Positions 31,728 through 44,477 of a stretch of 64,000 nucleotides of DNA are shown piece by piece. Made by a program: the position numbers and the translations under genes. This stretch comes from Nymphaea colorata (lineage: Eukaryota), in contig NC_045138.2 of NCBI RefSeq assembly GCF_008831285.2, positions 248,001 to 312,000 on the forward strand. Direction: 5' to 3'. The notes beneath the pieces were generated by a model. That model made no database searches and had not been told where the DNA came from. It worked only from the letters and a program-made list of their open reading frames with translations. Positions within the stretch are counted from its first letter, which is position 1. Every line of letters starts with the position of its first letter.

Positions 31728-32466
31728 TTCGTCTTTCACATGCCACCCTGATGCAAACTTTGAAATTGAGCAAGCATCTCAATAACTATCTACGAATCCA
31801 TTTTCAACAGTAATTATGCATAATGGAAGCATCCAAATGCAGATATGACCTCTGAAAACTGACCAAATCCAAATGTATACATTGCAGTTCATTGTCGGCA
31901 ACAAATACATCAACTACAAAAAGCCATTTTCTGCACACCATTTCATCAAATACAGATCGACCACAAGACCATATAGTAAGGAGGAAAGGACACCTCTTGA
32001 TGTTTCCACTTTATACCAGCTAGTATATCCTTTAAATCATCGCAGACCCTCCATTCGAGACCACTCAGATTCAAATTGGCATGATGCATAGTAGAATTTC
32101 TTTGTTTTGTATGTTCCAAAAAAGTACAAGCATAAACACCGCCGATTGTAACCCATTTATTTGAAAAACCATTTGAACCACATGAGACAACTTCTTGAAT
32201 AGGGCTTCTTATTTGGTGTTAAAAAGTTTTGCCACAAATCTCCATATACACTTAACCTAAGCCCATGTAATAAAAATATGATTTATATTTTTTTCCTCAT
32301 ATAGGCCCAAATAACACATGCTTAGAAGGATGATTCCAAATTTTTGGAGTCTTTCATGAGTAAAAAATTTACATTTTGAAGCAAAATTATAACACCAGTT
32401 CACTTTAGGAATAGAGCTTTTTGCCAAATAATAATCTTATTGTAAAGAGCTAGGCTAGGGTAGGAG

Positions 32467-32795
32467 CATTGTCACATATATTGTGTACGAGTATTATACG
32501 ACGAGGAATTTCTTGAGTATAGTACAACAAAGTTGCATATATCGGGAATGTCTCGAGAAAATCTTAGCAAATTTTTAAAAAATCTAAAACATTTAATAAA
32601 TCCTGAAAATTATAAAAAATAAAAATTAACAAAAAAAGAAAAAATGAGAAAAATGCATACAATATGTGTTTTTTTTTCACTTTTTCATTTTCTGGTGTTT
32701 TTTAAAGATGCCTCTAATTGCTGTTTTATACTACTGATTTATTTCTCCGGTATTCTACGTGTTTTCTTTAATAATACATGTTTTATGTGACAATG
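32467..32795. mobile_element. hAT-like MITE with 12-bp perfect TIR
   Basis: CATTGTCACATA / TATGTGACAATG termini, with flanks GGTAGGAG / GGCAGAAG (6/8). A diverged relative lies at ~22606-22892. Directly followed by a different MITE end (…TGGCTTCGCCCCTG at ~32991). Confidence 0.75.
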
Positions 32796-33083
32796 GGCAG
32801 AAGGAGGGGGGTTGACCTGAGCCATGGCCCCTCCCCCCCCCCCCATATTTTCAAGAAAAAAATTGATACTTACATTTTTGAAAATTTTTAATTTGGCCTA
32901 TGTAAAAATTTTGAACAATATTGTTTGACCCTTGTATAATTTTTGCAAATACAATTCAGCCATCCTAAAGAATATTGCTGGCTTCGCCCCTGGATCTAGG
33001 GTCTTCTGTTTTTCATTTCATATCCATTTCATCTCAAGTTAATGAACAATCAGTAAGAGAAGAAGAATGTAGACTGACATAGA

Positions 33084-33503
33084 AGGGATGTCAACGGATC
33101 GGATTCGGATCGGATACATCTTCAATTATATCCGTTTTTTCGGATATTCATATATTCGGATTCGGATTCGAATTCGAATTCGGACAAAGGAAAGTCATAT
33201 CCGAATCCGAAATCCGATTTTACAATCCGAATCCGATCCGAATCCGATTTTTATACTTATATCCGAATCCGAATCTGAATTTTGAACCGAATTTTGCCAT
33301 TTTTCAAGTATTAGATAGAGGATATTTGTCTAAAACTGAATCCAATCCGAATCCGTATCCGAATCCGAATCCGATCGGATGTCATTTATTAAATCCGAAT
33401 CCGATCCGATTTCTTAATCGGATATTAAATTTTTATCCATATCCGTTTTTTTCGGATCGGATCGGTCGGATATCCGATTCAAATCGGATATATTGACATC
33501 TTA
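33084..33503. mobile_element. hAT-like MITE (ATCCGA/TCGGAT-rich family), little diverged
   Basis: Termini AGGGATGTCAA ... TTGACATCTTA, with many intact CCGAATCCGAAT subrepeats. Same family as the elements at 16373, 35074, ~49900-50460 and ~57190-57578. Confidence 0.8.
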
Positions 33504-33729
33504 GAAGATATATCTCTAGCAAGAAACTCTTGCTTGTGGGTAAGAACTGCCTCAACTGTAGCTTGCAAGTGACTCTGTAATTTCATAAGATCATCTTGCT
33601 TGAGTAGCTGTTCTAGAATCCCCTATCCCCAATCCTCATACCAAATTTTCACCTTCTTACCGTTACCCAAACACCGCTATTTTTCCATATTCATGAGAAA
33701 TGAACTTTACTTTACAATGTTCACAAGCT

Positions 33730-34400
33730 CCTATTCAAGTGTCTGACCAAAAGAGACCACGATGAGTTGGACATTCTACAATGAAAATTTAACTAGACCG
33801 TCAGGGCTTTATTGTAGTTGGTGATGCCAAGAAGGCCAAGACCACCTTCTTGTATCGGAGCAAGCAGACTTCCAACTAAGTGACATTTCCTACTATGATC
33901 AGAATCCCAAATAAGAAAGCCCAAAGTGCAGCAAAGACCATCTCACTTTGTAATAAACTTTTGAAATATCTAATTTGAGGACAAAAAATTGTTCTACATA
34001 CCTTATCCAAGCTGTTGTGCTTCAAGAGCAAGGTGCATGGATGGAATCTATTGGGGAGATCAAATGCCATTGTTCTGGGCCAACAATTGTGCTAAAACAA
34101 TCTCCATTCTCTCAATCGTCAACTTAACAACTAGTTTATAGATCACATTGCATAATGATATAGGTCAAGCTTTTATATGCATAATGACAAGGAATTAAAA
34201 ATCAATATCATATGTGTTCCATAGAAATTTCTCACCATTAGAGCCACATTGTTTGCATCTCAAAATTTCTTTTGGTTCACCAATGAAAATTTGTCTTGCA
34301 AAGTGGAAAAGGGTCCACCAGCCATCAGTATGAGGCTTAGTTTTTCTCGCGCATTGCTCATTCTTGGTGCATTTCCACATTCATTCAAGCATGATCCTCA
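33730..34400 (-). mobile_element. Degenerate LINE (L1-type) ORF2 remnant
   Basis: The minus strand gives FLIWDSDHSRKCHLVGSLLAPIQEGGLGLLGITNYNKAL, matching the plant L1 post-RT motif FLW...HLV.W...PK.EGGLG.....N.AL. Many stops and frameshifts. Confidence 0.65.
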
Positions 34401-35073
34401 ATTTAAATGCAGTATGGTGCATGGTTGAGATTTTAAAGTGTTTTAGAAATTTTAAATGTTATAAAGCAAAAAAAGATGTAAGAGTCAATCCTTATAATAA
34501 GAAAATTGTTCGTAAGGCACTGGAGAAAAGAGTTCTATAATTTTTTTTTTATAAAATGGAAGGAGATATGTTTTAAAAGAAATAATCTTAATTAGTAAAT
34601 CATTTGATTTGGAAAAATCATTTAAAGTAAAAAAATTAAGTCAATTTTTGAAAGAAGAATTTTGATAAAATTTTATAAAAATGGTTCAATGCAATGATCA
34701 TTTCTAAAAAATTAATAGCAATCTTTTGAAACACAAGTTAATCTCAAGGTTTAAGCCCAACTCAGTTACCACATTATTACGTCTCTTATCTTGTTTTGCT
34801 TAGGTTTCTTAAAATCTTGTTTTGCTTAGGTTTCTTAAAGGAGTGGTTGTGGGTATCCATGAATCCTATAAATGCAAAGTGAATATGAATATGCATGTTA
34901 AATGAAAAGAAAAAGAATTCTCAATGCTTGAAAAGAAAATTAGATAAGTCATCATACCACAACATAGATATGAACAAAGAGTGTAGAGAGAGGAGAGGGG
35001 AGAAGAGTGTGGACAAGAACCGGTCCACTTGACATCATAATAGCATCCCTAATATTCAGATCAACACTACTCC

Positions 35074-37441
35074 TAGAGATGTCAATGGATCAGATTCAGA
35101 TCGGATATCCATCCGAATCACTTGTAAAAATTCGAATATAGTAAACAATTTAACATCCGATTGAGAAGATCGGATTGAATTCAGATTTAAGAAATAACAT
35201 CCAATCGGATACAGTTTTATATAAATATCCGATCGGATACTAACTATCTTAACAAGTATATCCAAACCCAAACTATAACCTGATATCCGAATCCGAACCG
35301 TGAAATTATATCCGAATCCGAACCTCGAAAAATGATATCTGAAGCAAAAAGTCTAGCCAAACACACTAACTTAACATCATGACAAAAGGAGAACATGAAT
35401 ATTATATGCATGTAATCTAAGTAAGAGCTAATGATTTTCATTGAGTTGCATATAATAATATCCACCATTCAACTTAAAGTATTTAAAACTATATCATATA
35501 AAATTAATGAATTAATAATTAATAATACTTGTAATTAAACGTTTTTGTGTAAACAAGCATACTGTTATAGTTAAGATATCAACTAAGCATGATATCTTAA
35601 ATAATATATTTATTTTAATTAGAAATAATAAAGAAAACTTCAAATTTTCAATCAAGAAATTTTAACAAAATGGGTATTTTTAAAAATATGAAAATTAATC
35701 ACAAATAAATATATTTAATATGAAAAAACTGTTGAACTCATAAAAAGTTTTATTTATCAAATTATCAATTAATTATTTAATCAATCAAGTAATTATTTTG
35801 TATAATCATACAATTTGTCCAAAAGTCTTAGGTGTTTGATATATGACACATAATTCACAAATTTAAAAACAAAAACCTTTAACTAGTAAAACACAACAAA
35901 TTGTTTGATTTAATAAATTATCTGATATATGATTTGATTAAAAAATCTATACTTTGTAATCATACAATTTGTCCAAAAGTCTTAAGTGTTTGATATATGA
36001 CACATAATTCACAAATTTAAAAACAAAAACCTTTAACTAGTAAAACACAACAAATTGTTTGATTTAATAAAATATCTTATATATGATTTGATTAAAAAAC
36101 CTATGCTTTGGCTTTTTTTTTTTTTAAAAAAAACACTGCTAATTAACATCTTTGGAGGCTTGGATTATCTCGCTAGCCAGCCAGTCTTCAGTGGAACAAA
36201 TGACAAGTTATTTTTAGATGCTTAATGTATTCTTGGACTAGATTATATCATTGACTCATTGGGGCATATGGTTTTCAATTTCGGTTATGGGATGTTTTTC
36301 TCAAATACATGATGCTTTGTTAGGCAACATGTGTAGCTATTGTAGAGACAATGTCTTAGGTTTTGCATAGTGGGCCCTTTCTTGAGTTGTGAGAAACAAG
36401 AAGTGGTGGAATTTGTTTAGCAATTTAAAAGTTAATTTTGGATGTCAAATTTGAAAGTCTTTAGATCAGAATGGATTTTTTAAATATAAAATTTGAATTC
36501 GGATTGAAATCAGATATTGAAATAAAAAGTCGGATTCAGATTATAAAATGAAAATAATTGAGTTTTACTATAGACAAATAAAGATGAAACATATGAATAT
36601 GTCTCTGCAATTAAGAACTACCTTTGTAATATTTATGATCAATATAAAACTACTCATACATATAGAAGATGCTCTCTATTGGTATTGGTTATATTATTGA
36701 TGTTGAGAAGAATAGTGATGCATCTATCTTTACTTCTTTAATTGATTTTTTTCTTTTAAAAAGAAGCCTAAAACAAGTGCAATAAATGACTTTTCTGAAT
36801 AATTATCACAAAATCAACACACAAAATCAATTTAGAGTTGTATTTAGAAAAGTCTATTTATCCAAAAAAACAATTCAATTGACATTTTGACATGGTGGAA
36901 GGTCAATGCACCTAAATACCTTGTGCTATTTAGTTATTTCTATATCAACTGTTGTATCATAGTCAACATTTAGTACAGATGGACATATTCTTGATTTATA
37001 AAAAAGTAGATTAGGTATAATGACCGTGGAGACTTTGATTTGTGCACAAGATTGGTTGCGAGATCAGACTTAAGGTAATTTACTTATTATTAAAGCTTTT
37101 AAGTATATTTTTGTGCTACTTATTTTATTTTTTTGTTAGATGATTCCGATTTGCCTACACCTTTGCTTGAAGAGGAAACACCAATAGCATCTGCATACAT
37201 TGAACTAAATTATAAATTATGCATTGAAGTATATATCCAAATAAAAAGATCATATCCATTGTGCCAAATGGAGGCACTTTAAGAAAAATGGTGCAAACTT
37301 GTACTATATGGTAAAATGTTCTTTTTTATTGAAGTTGTCAAGAATGACTCGTCTAGTTTCTTATTGCATCGACGAACAACAACCAAGTACAATTTTTAAA
37401 AATTTAAATTTGCACGCTCTAGAAAATGGTTTGATGATGTA

Positions 37442-37481
<40 letters not shown>

Positions 37482-37942
37482 CACACACTTGGTCTCTCTC
37501 TCTCTTATTAAGCTTGACAATTATCACCAATCAAGTTTGAGCTAGTGGGATGTTAACATTGGGTTTGATAGTTCATTTGGTGTTTATGATATATTTGTCA
37601 TCCATAAGTCGGATTTGGATCAGATTTACATATGGCTTAAAGGTCATAAATTGGATTCAGATGGATTTGGATATAACTTAAAGATCGGATTCATATATAA
37701 CTTAAAAGTTGGATTCGAATCAGATTCATATATAACTTAAACTTCAGATCGGATTCAATGATAACTTAAAAATTAGATTCAGATTAGATTCAGATGTGGA
37801 TTTTAAAGTCGGATTCAGATAAGACATAAATTTTTATTTGTCCAAATTCGAATCCAAGTCCAAATCAAACTATATGGTTATCCAAAAAATCAGATATGGT
37901 AAAAGGAATATATGATCCGAATCCGATCTGTTGACATCCTTA
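35074..37942 (+). mobile_element. Defective hAT DNA transposon with a transposase dimerisation-domain remnant
   Basis: Termini TAGAGATGTCAA ... TTGACATCCTTA with GGATTC-rich subterminal repeats. 36830-37061 translates, with frameshifts, to LELYLE..DILTWWKVNAPKY.VL...ISTVVS*STFSTDGHILD.YKSRL...TVETLICAQDWLR, the hAT C-terminal domain. Contains an internal 154-bp tandem duplication at 35803-36110. No clear TSD. Confidence 0.85.
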
Positions 37943-38210
37943 GGCAGAAGCGATGCGACGGAGGCTGCAAAAATGGGCTATGCCTCATCCATTCTTATCA
38001 GTGCCTGGTACCCGGCCCGTCCTGACCTGTTAATAGTCCGGTGGGGTAGCAGGCCGGCAGGGCCCAAGCGCAGGTAGTTACAGGCACAAAATTACCGAGC
38101 CGCGTTGGCATGGCCCGATGCCCAAGCCTAATCGAGCATTCAGTTAGTGTTTCTCTTTTTATATGAAAAAACAAGAATGTGGGCACCTAGGTGGATGGCT
38201 GGTCTTTATG

Positions 38211-38271
<61 letters not shown>

Positions 38272-38459
38272 CTAATAATACATGACAAAAGTGCTTTATA
38301 ACTTTTTTCTCTTTATTGTTCTCTCAACCACCCACATGAAAATGATCAATTTCTATTCTGTTGGAGGCCGCAACCAGTTTTTTGGAACTAGTTTTTTCTG
38401 CAATCTAAACTTATAAACATGATTTTAAGAGTGATTTGGTAAGAAAAACACACACACAC

Positions 38460-38506
<47 letters not shown>

Positions 38507-39845
38507 TAATTGTATTTTGAGTTATAATAATGTTTTTAATAATCCAAAAATGAATGCTCTTATAACATCAAAATTTGAATATTGTAGAAAAGAACAATTT
38601 TTCAAGACAATAACTTGAACCAAAACATGATTTATATAAATTTGGGTTTAATTATAAACATATTAGGCTGTTCACATTTTATCTAAAATATTTTTTAATA
38701 TAAATTTAAGAGGTATGGTTTTTATCCCTTAGCCAAGCGGTATGGTGTGTGTGAGTGTGCATTAATGACATTAAGGGTGGGGATAAAGGTTTCAGACTTA
38801 TAATTTTGATCTCAACTATTAACTTCTAAAATACTCTTAAGATAATATCAAAACGGCTAGATTGTTAAAAAAATGTGCTGAACATTGCATTTGGACATAA
38901 ATAATTGTCCGCTTGGTTCAAACCATCATTTTCTGGTAATGTTGTACGTCTCTCTCTCTCTGTCTCGTATATTACTTTATGCGAATCTTAACATTATGAT
39001 AAAGGTTAAGATAAGGCTGTTGGATTCAGTATGTATTTTTGCAACCGAGTCCAATATGCACTTCATGCGAAAAAAATTTGGATTGCAGATCATATATGTA
39101 AATTATGTTTACATAATAAAATCAGTAAAATAAAAGATTAACAAGCAATCTGACAATTCAGAAAGGGGGAACTCTAGGGGATGTAGAAGGCTTGGCTTTG
39201 AGGACCTTTCTACTAGATTTATTTAGGAGCAAGTAAAGTAAGAAATTGAATTTCTTTTTTAACACAACCTATAAAAAATTGTACCATCTAATATTTTTCT
39301 CATGTATTTTAGTATTATAAACATGTTTCACTAGATTGAAGAGAAAACAGATCACGCCACGACTGATGGGAATTAAAGTTCACATGAATGAAGAAAACAT
39401 ATTGAATTGGAGAGAGGAAAGAAGCAGCAATATGAACATAGCTAGTCTGAACGAGAAGAAAAATACTATGTATGGAATTGATGAAACCGCGTGAAAGGAC
39501 TGAAGCCAACGAATAATAACTGACCGAATTGAGGGCCGAATTTCTTCACCCGACAAGGGTGTGTGAAGATTGGCTCTATGTCTTTTTCACAATAAAGTAT
39601 ACTCTCTACCACTCCCAAGACGATAATGTGGTGGTGGTGGTAATAAAAAACGGACCCACCTGCTCAGCTTGATTTTTATGAGAAGAGGACCGATGGGAGG
39701 TAGGAATCTACAAGTCAACAGTAGTTGTCAGCAGCCTGGTCTATAGGCATAGTTTTTTGCCTTTTTTTTCCGCATCCATTTGAAAATTGCTTCTCTTCCT
39801 CTGCTCTTCAATCTACCTCAGAAACTGAGAGTGGGGTTGGAGGAG

Positions 39846-42800
39846 ATGGAGGTAGTAATAGACGCTCTTGCGCAAACAGCCATTTCCAATCTGTGGGGTG
39901 CTGTAACCAACTTGTTGAACGAGACCAAAGACTACATCTTGAATGCCAAAGGCGATCTGGAGAAGCTCCAAACGAAGCTGGCAAACTTCCAAAAGGACAT
40001 CAAAGCTGAAGAACGTGACAGAGTTCCAGCAAGAGGGATCAGGTACGAAAGCTGTCTTGGACCACTGCATTCACTTCTTTTTACGAAGATGCTTCTTTTC
40101 ACTTCCAACTTGGTAACAAAATCAACAAAATCAATGAAAGGCTTGATGAAATAAAGAAAGATTGAGACATGGTGTATAGGCTCAAAACAACACCAACAGG
40201 GGGTGGAGAGAACCCTGTTCATGGTGAACATGACAACCTCAGAGAGACAACCCATCACATGGGTGTACAACCATCCACGGGTAGGGGGGATGATAAAAAG
40301 GAGATAGTGAAAAGGCTCTTGTCAAATGACTCTACAGAAAGTAGTAAGACACAAAGGGGTGGTGTTTCTATTATTTCTATTGTAGGAAAAGGAGGAATCG
40401 GCAAAACAACTCTTGCAAAAATGGTCTTTAAAGAAACAGAAGAATATTTTGGGAAACGTAGATGGTGGGTTTGTGTTTCGGAAAGACCAAACCGTAAGGA
40501 TTTGTTACGGAAAATATTGAAGGAAGTGCGCAAGAAATATAAAGAAGACGTTGATAGTTCCTTGAGTGAGTTGTGCACACAATTACGGAACAAGCTCTCA
40601 AAGAAAAAAATTTTGTTGGTCCTAGATGATGTGTGGGAAACGAAATGGTGGGAGGAAGAGGTAGAGGGAACATTGATGACGGGTGTAATGGGGAGCAATA
40701 TTTTGATTACCAGTAGAAACAAAAATGTATCAGATGAGTTGCATGCTTCTTATATGCATGAATTACGAGAATTTAATTTTCAGCAAAGTTGGGACCTGTT
40801 TCTGAACGTGGCATTAAGAGAAGGCCAAACAGAACAAGATTTGGTGATGCATAATATCAAAGAAGTTGGAGTGAGCATAGTCAAGAAGTGTGGTGGGTTG
40901 CCACTTGTGATTAAGACAGTAGGGTCCATGATGCTTACGAAGCAAATGAGTAGGGAGGACTGGAAGTCCGTCGATGATAGTAAGATATGGGAATGGAAGA
41001 GGCCTGCAGCCTCATCATCGACGTCTGAAATAGGCGGCGATATTCTTCCTGGTCTCATACTAAGCTACGATGACTTGCCATATTATTTGAAGAGTTGTTT
41101 TGTGTATTGCTGCATTTATCCAAAGGATTATGAGATTGAAAGGGAGAGATTGATCATGCAATGGGTGGCACACGGATTGATTGAGGAAAAGAAACACATA
41201 GATGTGGAAGCGACAGCAAACCAGTACATTCAAGATTTGATAAGGCGGTGTTTGATTGAAGAAAATAATCATCGTTTTCATGGCTCCCAACTTAAATTGC
41301 ATGACATTTTGCATGACCTTGCCTCATACATAGGTGGAGAGGAATATAGCCATGCCTCTATTTCTCAACGCACACGCCATATGTCATTACTTGCTATAGA
41401 CGATGTAGAAGAGGCCATGCATAATGCCACAGCCACAACACATAAGCTGCGTACGTTGTTGATTAAGTCATTGCCTTCCGAGCACTTGACCAATTTCAAG
41501 TGGCTGAGGGTGTTGTCATTGAGGGGATGTGAAATGGATGAGTTGCCAAATTGCATTCAATGCCTTGCACTTGTAAAATATCTTGATCTAAGCAAGTCTA
41601 AAGTGAGACGGTTGCCCAGTTCAATCGGCAGACTCTGTAACTTGTAAACATTGGATTTAAGTCATGGTGCCATTCAAGAGTTGCCCAAGGAAATGGGCGA
41701 ACTGTGCAACTTGAGGTATCTTGGGCTGAAAGATACAAAGGAATTAAAATTTGTAGCTGAAGGTCTGGAGATGCTTACTGATTTACGGACCTTGCATAGG
41801 TTTATGGTATGCGATGACAAAGGGAAGACAAGAGGCTGCAATATTAATGAACTAAAAGACTTGAAGAAACTAAAGGGAGAATTGTCAATTGAAGGTCTGC
41901 GTGGGGGAATGGTGAAAGTGATCGATCCAAAGAAAGTGGAGCTTAATTTGAAGCATGAGCTAATTGGGGTGAAATTTATTTTCGAGGAGCAAGGGGATGA
42001 CAAAGTGGATAGCGCTTCTGAAGAGAGGGGTTTGCTGGAGACTTTGGAACCTCCACATGGCATAGAGAGGTTGGTAATTGGTGGTTATAAAGGAGACACT
42101 AGGCCTGAGTGGTATTTGGACACCAATTACGAGGAGCTGCGCCTAGAACGTTGTCCATCATGGGCAGCAGTGATAGGAATTAAATCATTGAAAAAATTGG
42201 AGGTCAGCAACTGCCCAACATTGGGTGCATTGCCGAGCATGCCCTTGTTGAAGTCCTTGATGATTTCGCACTGTCATGGGCTCAACACGATTGGTGACTC
42301 GTTCGCTGTGAACTATTGTGGTAGGCTGAAAACTCTCGCTAGAATGCCTGCATTGGAGTCATTGTACATTAGGGACTGTGATGGGCTCAACACGATTGGT
42401 GACATGCCGGCTGTAAAGACGTTGATTCTGATTGATTTGCCCAACTGGGAACCAACATTTACTTCTATGCCATGCTTAAGAAAGGGGATATTTGAAAAAT
42501 GTCCAAAGATGGAGACATAAGGCTTGAGTGATGAGTTGGCAGGGCTCCAAAGCTGTCATTGTTCATTTGCCCAAGTGCAAGATTGGGATGGAAATTGCTT
42601 GAGCAGCTGCCTAACCTCATTCAGTTGTGGTTGGATTCAAAATCAACAGTACTAGTGCCATCGCCATTGCCATCACAGGTATCCACAGTTCTACCCTCCC
42701 TTACAGAAGACCCTCCCTTAAACTTCTGTATTTGAGAGACAACACGAATGTTGAGGAGGTCAAATGGGGAAGGGTGCCTCAGTGGGTGTGGGGTCTCTCC

Positions 42801-43106
42801 CAATTGGAGATATTGCGCCTATACTCTTTCTCTGAGGACATCAGCTTGGGAGGCCACTAGCAATGCCTCCCCAAACTGAGATACCTATGGCTTGAAGACT
42901 TCCCCAATCTGAAGTCTGTGGTGGAGGTGAATAATAATATTACTGCCCAACAACAACCAAATGGAACAACATGTTCCTCGGATGCACAGCAACAACAGAT
43001 CGCCTGCCTCTCCAACCTTCAAAGGTTGTGGATTCGCTCATGTCCAGCACTCCATCTGCCGCAGGAGTTAAGGGACCGTCTTGGGAAAAGATTACACATA
43101 TATTAA
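39846..43106 (+). pseudogene. CC-NB-ARC-LRR (CNL) resistance gene pseudogene, NLR-A
   Basis: P-loop GKGGIGKTT, kinase-2 LLVLDDVW, GLPL, CFVYCCIYP, LHD and LRRs are present. Lesions relative to the paralog at 52508: ~121-nt frameshifting deletion in the CC domain (~40030), TGA at 40163, TAA at 41645, TAA at 42518, indels at 42540-42720, and TAG at 42858. Confidence 0.93.
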
Positions 43107-44477
43107 TTATTTTGGTTAAATAAGTGTGTTTCCATTTCGTTACGTCTCTTCTTTCTCTCTCCCTCTTGTTTGATTTGGGTCCAGTAAAGTAAATTGAACT
43201 AAACTGGTGAGTTTTGTAATTGAAAACATATGTGAATACCAGCAGCTAACATAACATGTATAGATGATAAATGTGGTGCTGTTTGGCTCAAATAGAACCG
43301 TCGGCTTTGAATCGGTACAACAGATACTATTAAATTACCTTTTTCCTTTAAGAAGCTTTTAAAAAACCATTTTTAAATATTATTTTGTTTTACATCCATT
43401 AATTGATGCACAAAGGCCCCGATTAATTAGCCGACGATAAAATCCCAAGCTGGCCATTATTTGAGCGACCTTCAAAGTTTGGTTTTCTCATATAATAATA
43501 TAAATAATTGCTTCTTTTTTTTACTTCAAAATAATTTTTTTGCAGTTTTATCTTTTTTTTTTCATGATTTTTGTTTTAACGTTTAAAACATAAGCTAAAC
43601 TACTTATATTCATTTCTGTCATTACTATAAGATTATTTTTATTATTTTATCAAGTTATTTTTTATGTTTTCTTGCTAATTTTTTTATTTATTTTACTTTT
43701 TCATAACTTGTAAGGTTTTCACTTTTTTAAAAAAATGCCAAATTTTTTTAAATTTTCAACTTCACCCAAAAATACTCAAAACGACCTCACCGTTTAATAC
43801 CGATTAAGATATTTATGACCATCATTGAAGTGAGATTCTCTGATCTGTCATTTCATTTGAGTTTTGTAAATTATTTTTGTGAGGAAAGGTATTCACCATT
43901 TTGGGTTAGGGCCTTAGGATTTATATTAATTCAGGATACCATGTACTGCACTATTAAGGAGTTGTTAGCCGATCAGAAAACCTATGCTCATATGTATAAC
44001 ATATAAAATATATATTTAACCTATCTCCACACACACACATCTTTGTATATATTTACTTATTTGGCAATACTCAACCGAGAAATCTCTAAATAAGAAAATC
44101 ATTTTTCTTTATTGTCTTGAACAACCAATACTTTTGCTATACTAGGAGTTGACCTCCTCTTCATGCAAATGAAACATTAGTTAGCATCTTAACTGAATAT
44201 CTTTCTCTGATTGTTCTGTCTCTAGAATTTAAAGAGATCTATTTCGTTTATGGTACGAAACAAATATTTTTCCGTTTATGAAACACTCACAAAGTGTTTG
44301 ATTTGCCAAACAACCTCTAAAGAATACGACTGATTTGAATCCGATCAGTTGGCATCCCAACTTATTAAAATTAAAGTTATAGAAACATAATTCTACCTTC
44401 CAATTCTAGTTTCCATTTGATAGTATGGAATTTTGATTTTTAGAATTGAAAAATTATGTGTTTGATAAAGAAAAGTT

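Noticed and set aside
31745..32090. Minus-strand LLLKMDS*IVIEML, reminiscent of retroelement RNase H-like domains
   Set aside because: Too short and degenerate to call as a feature.
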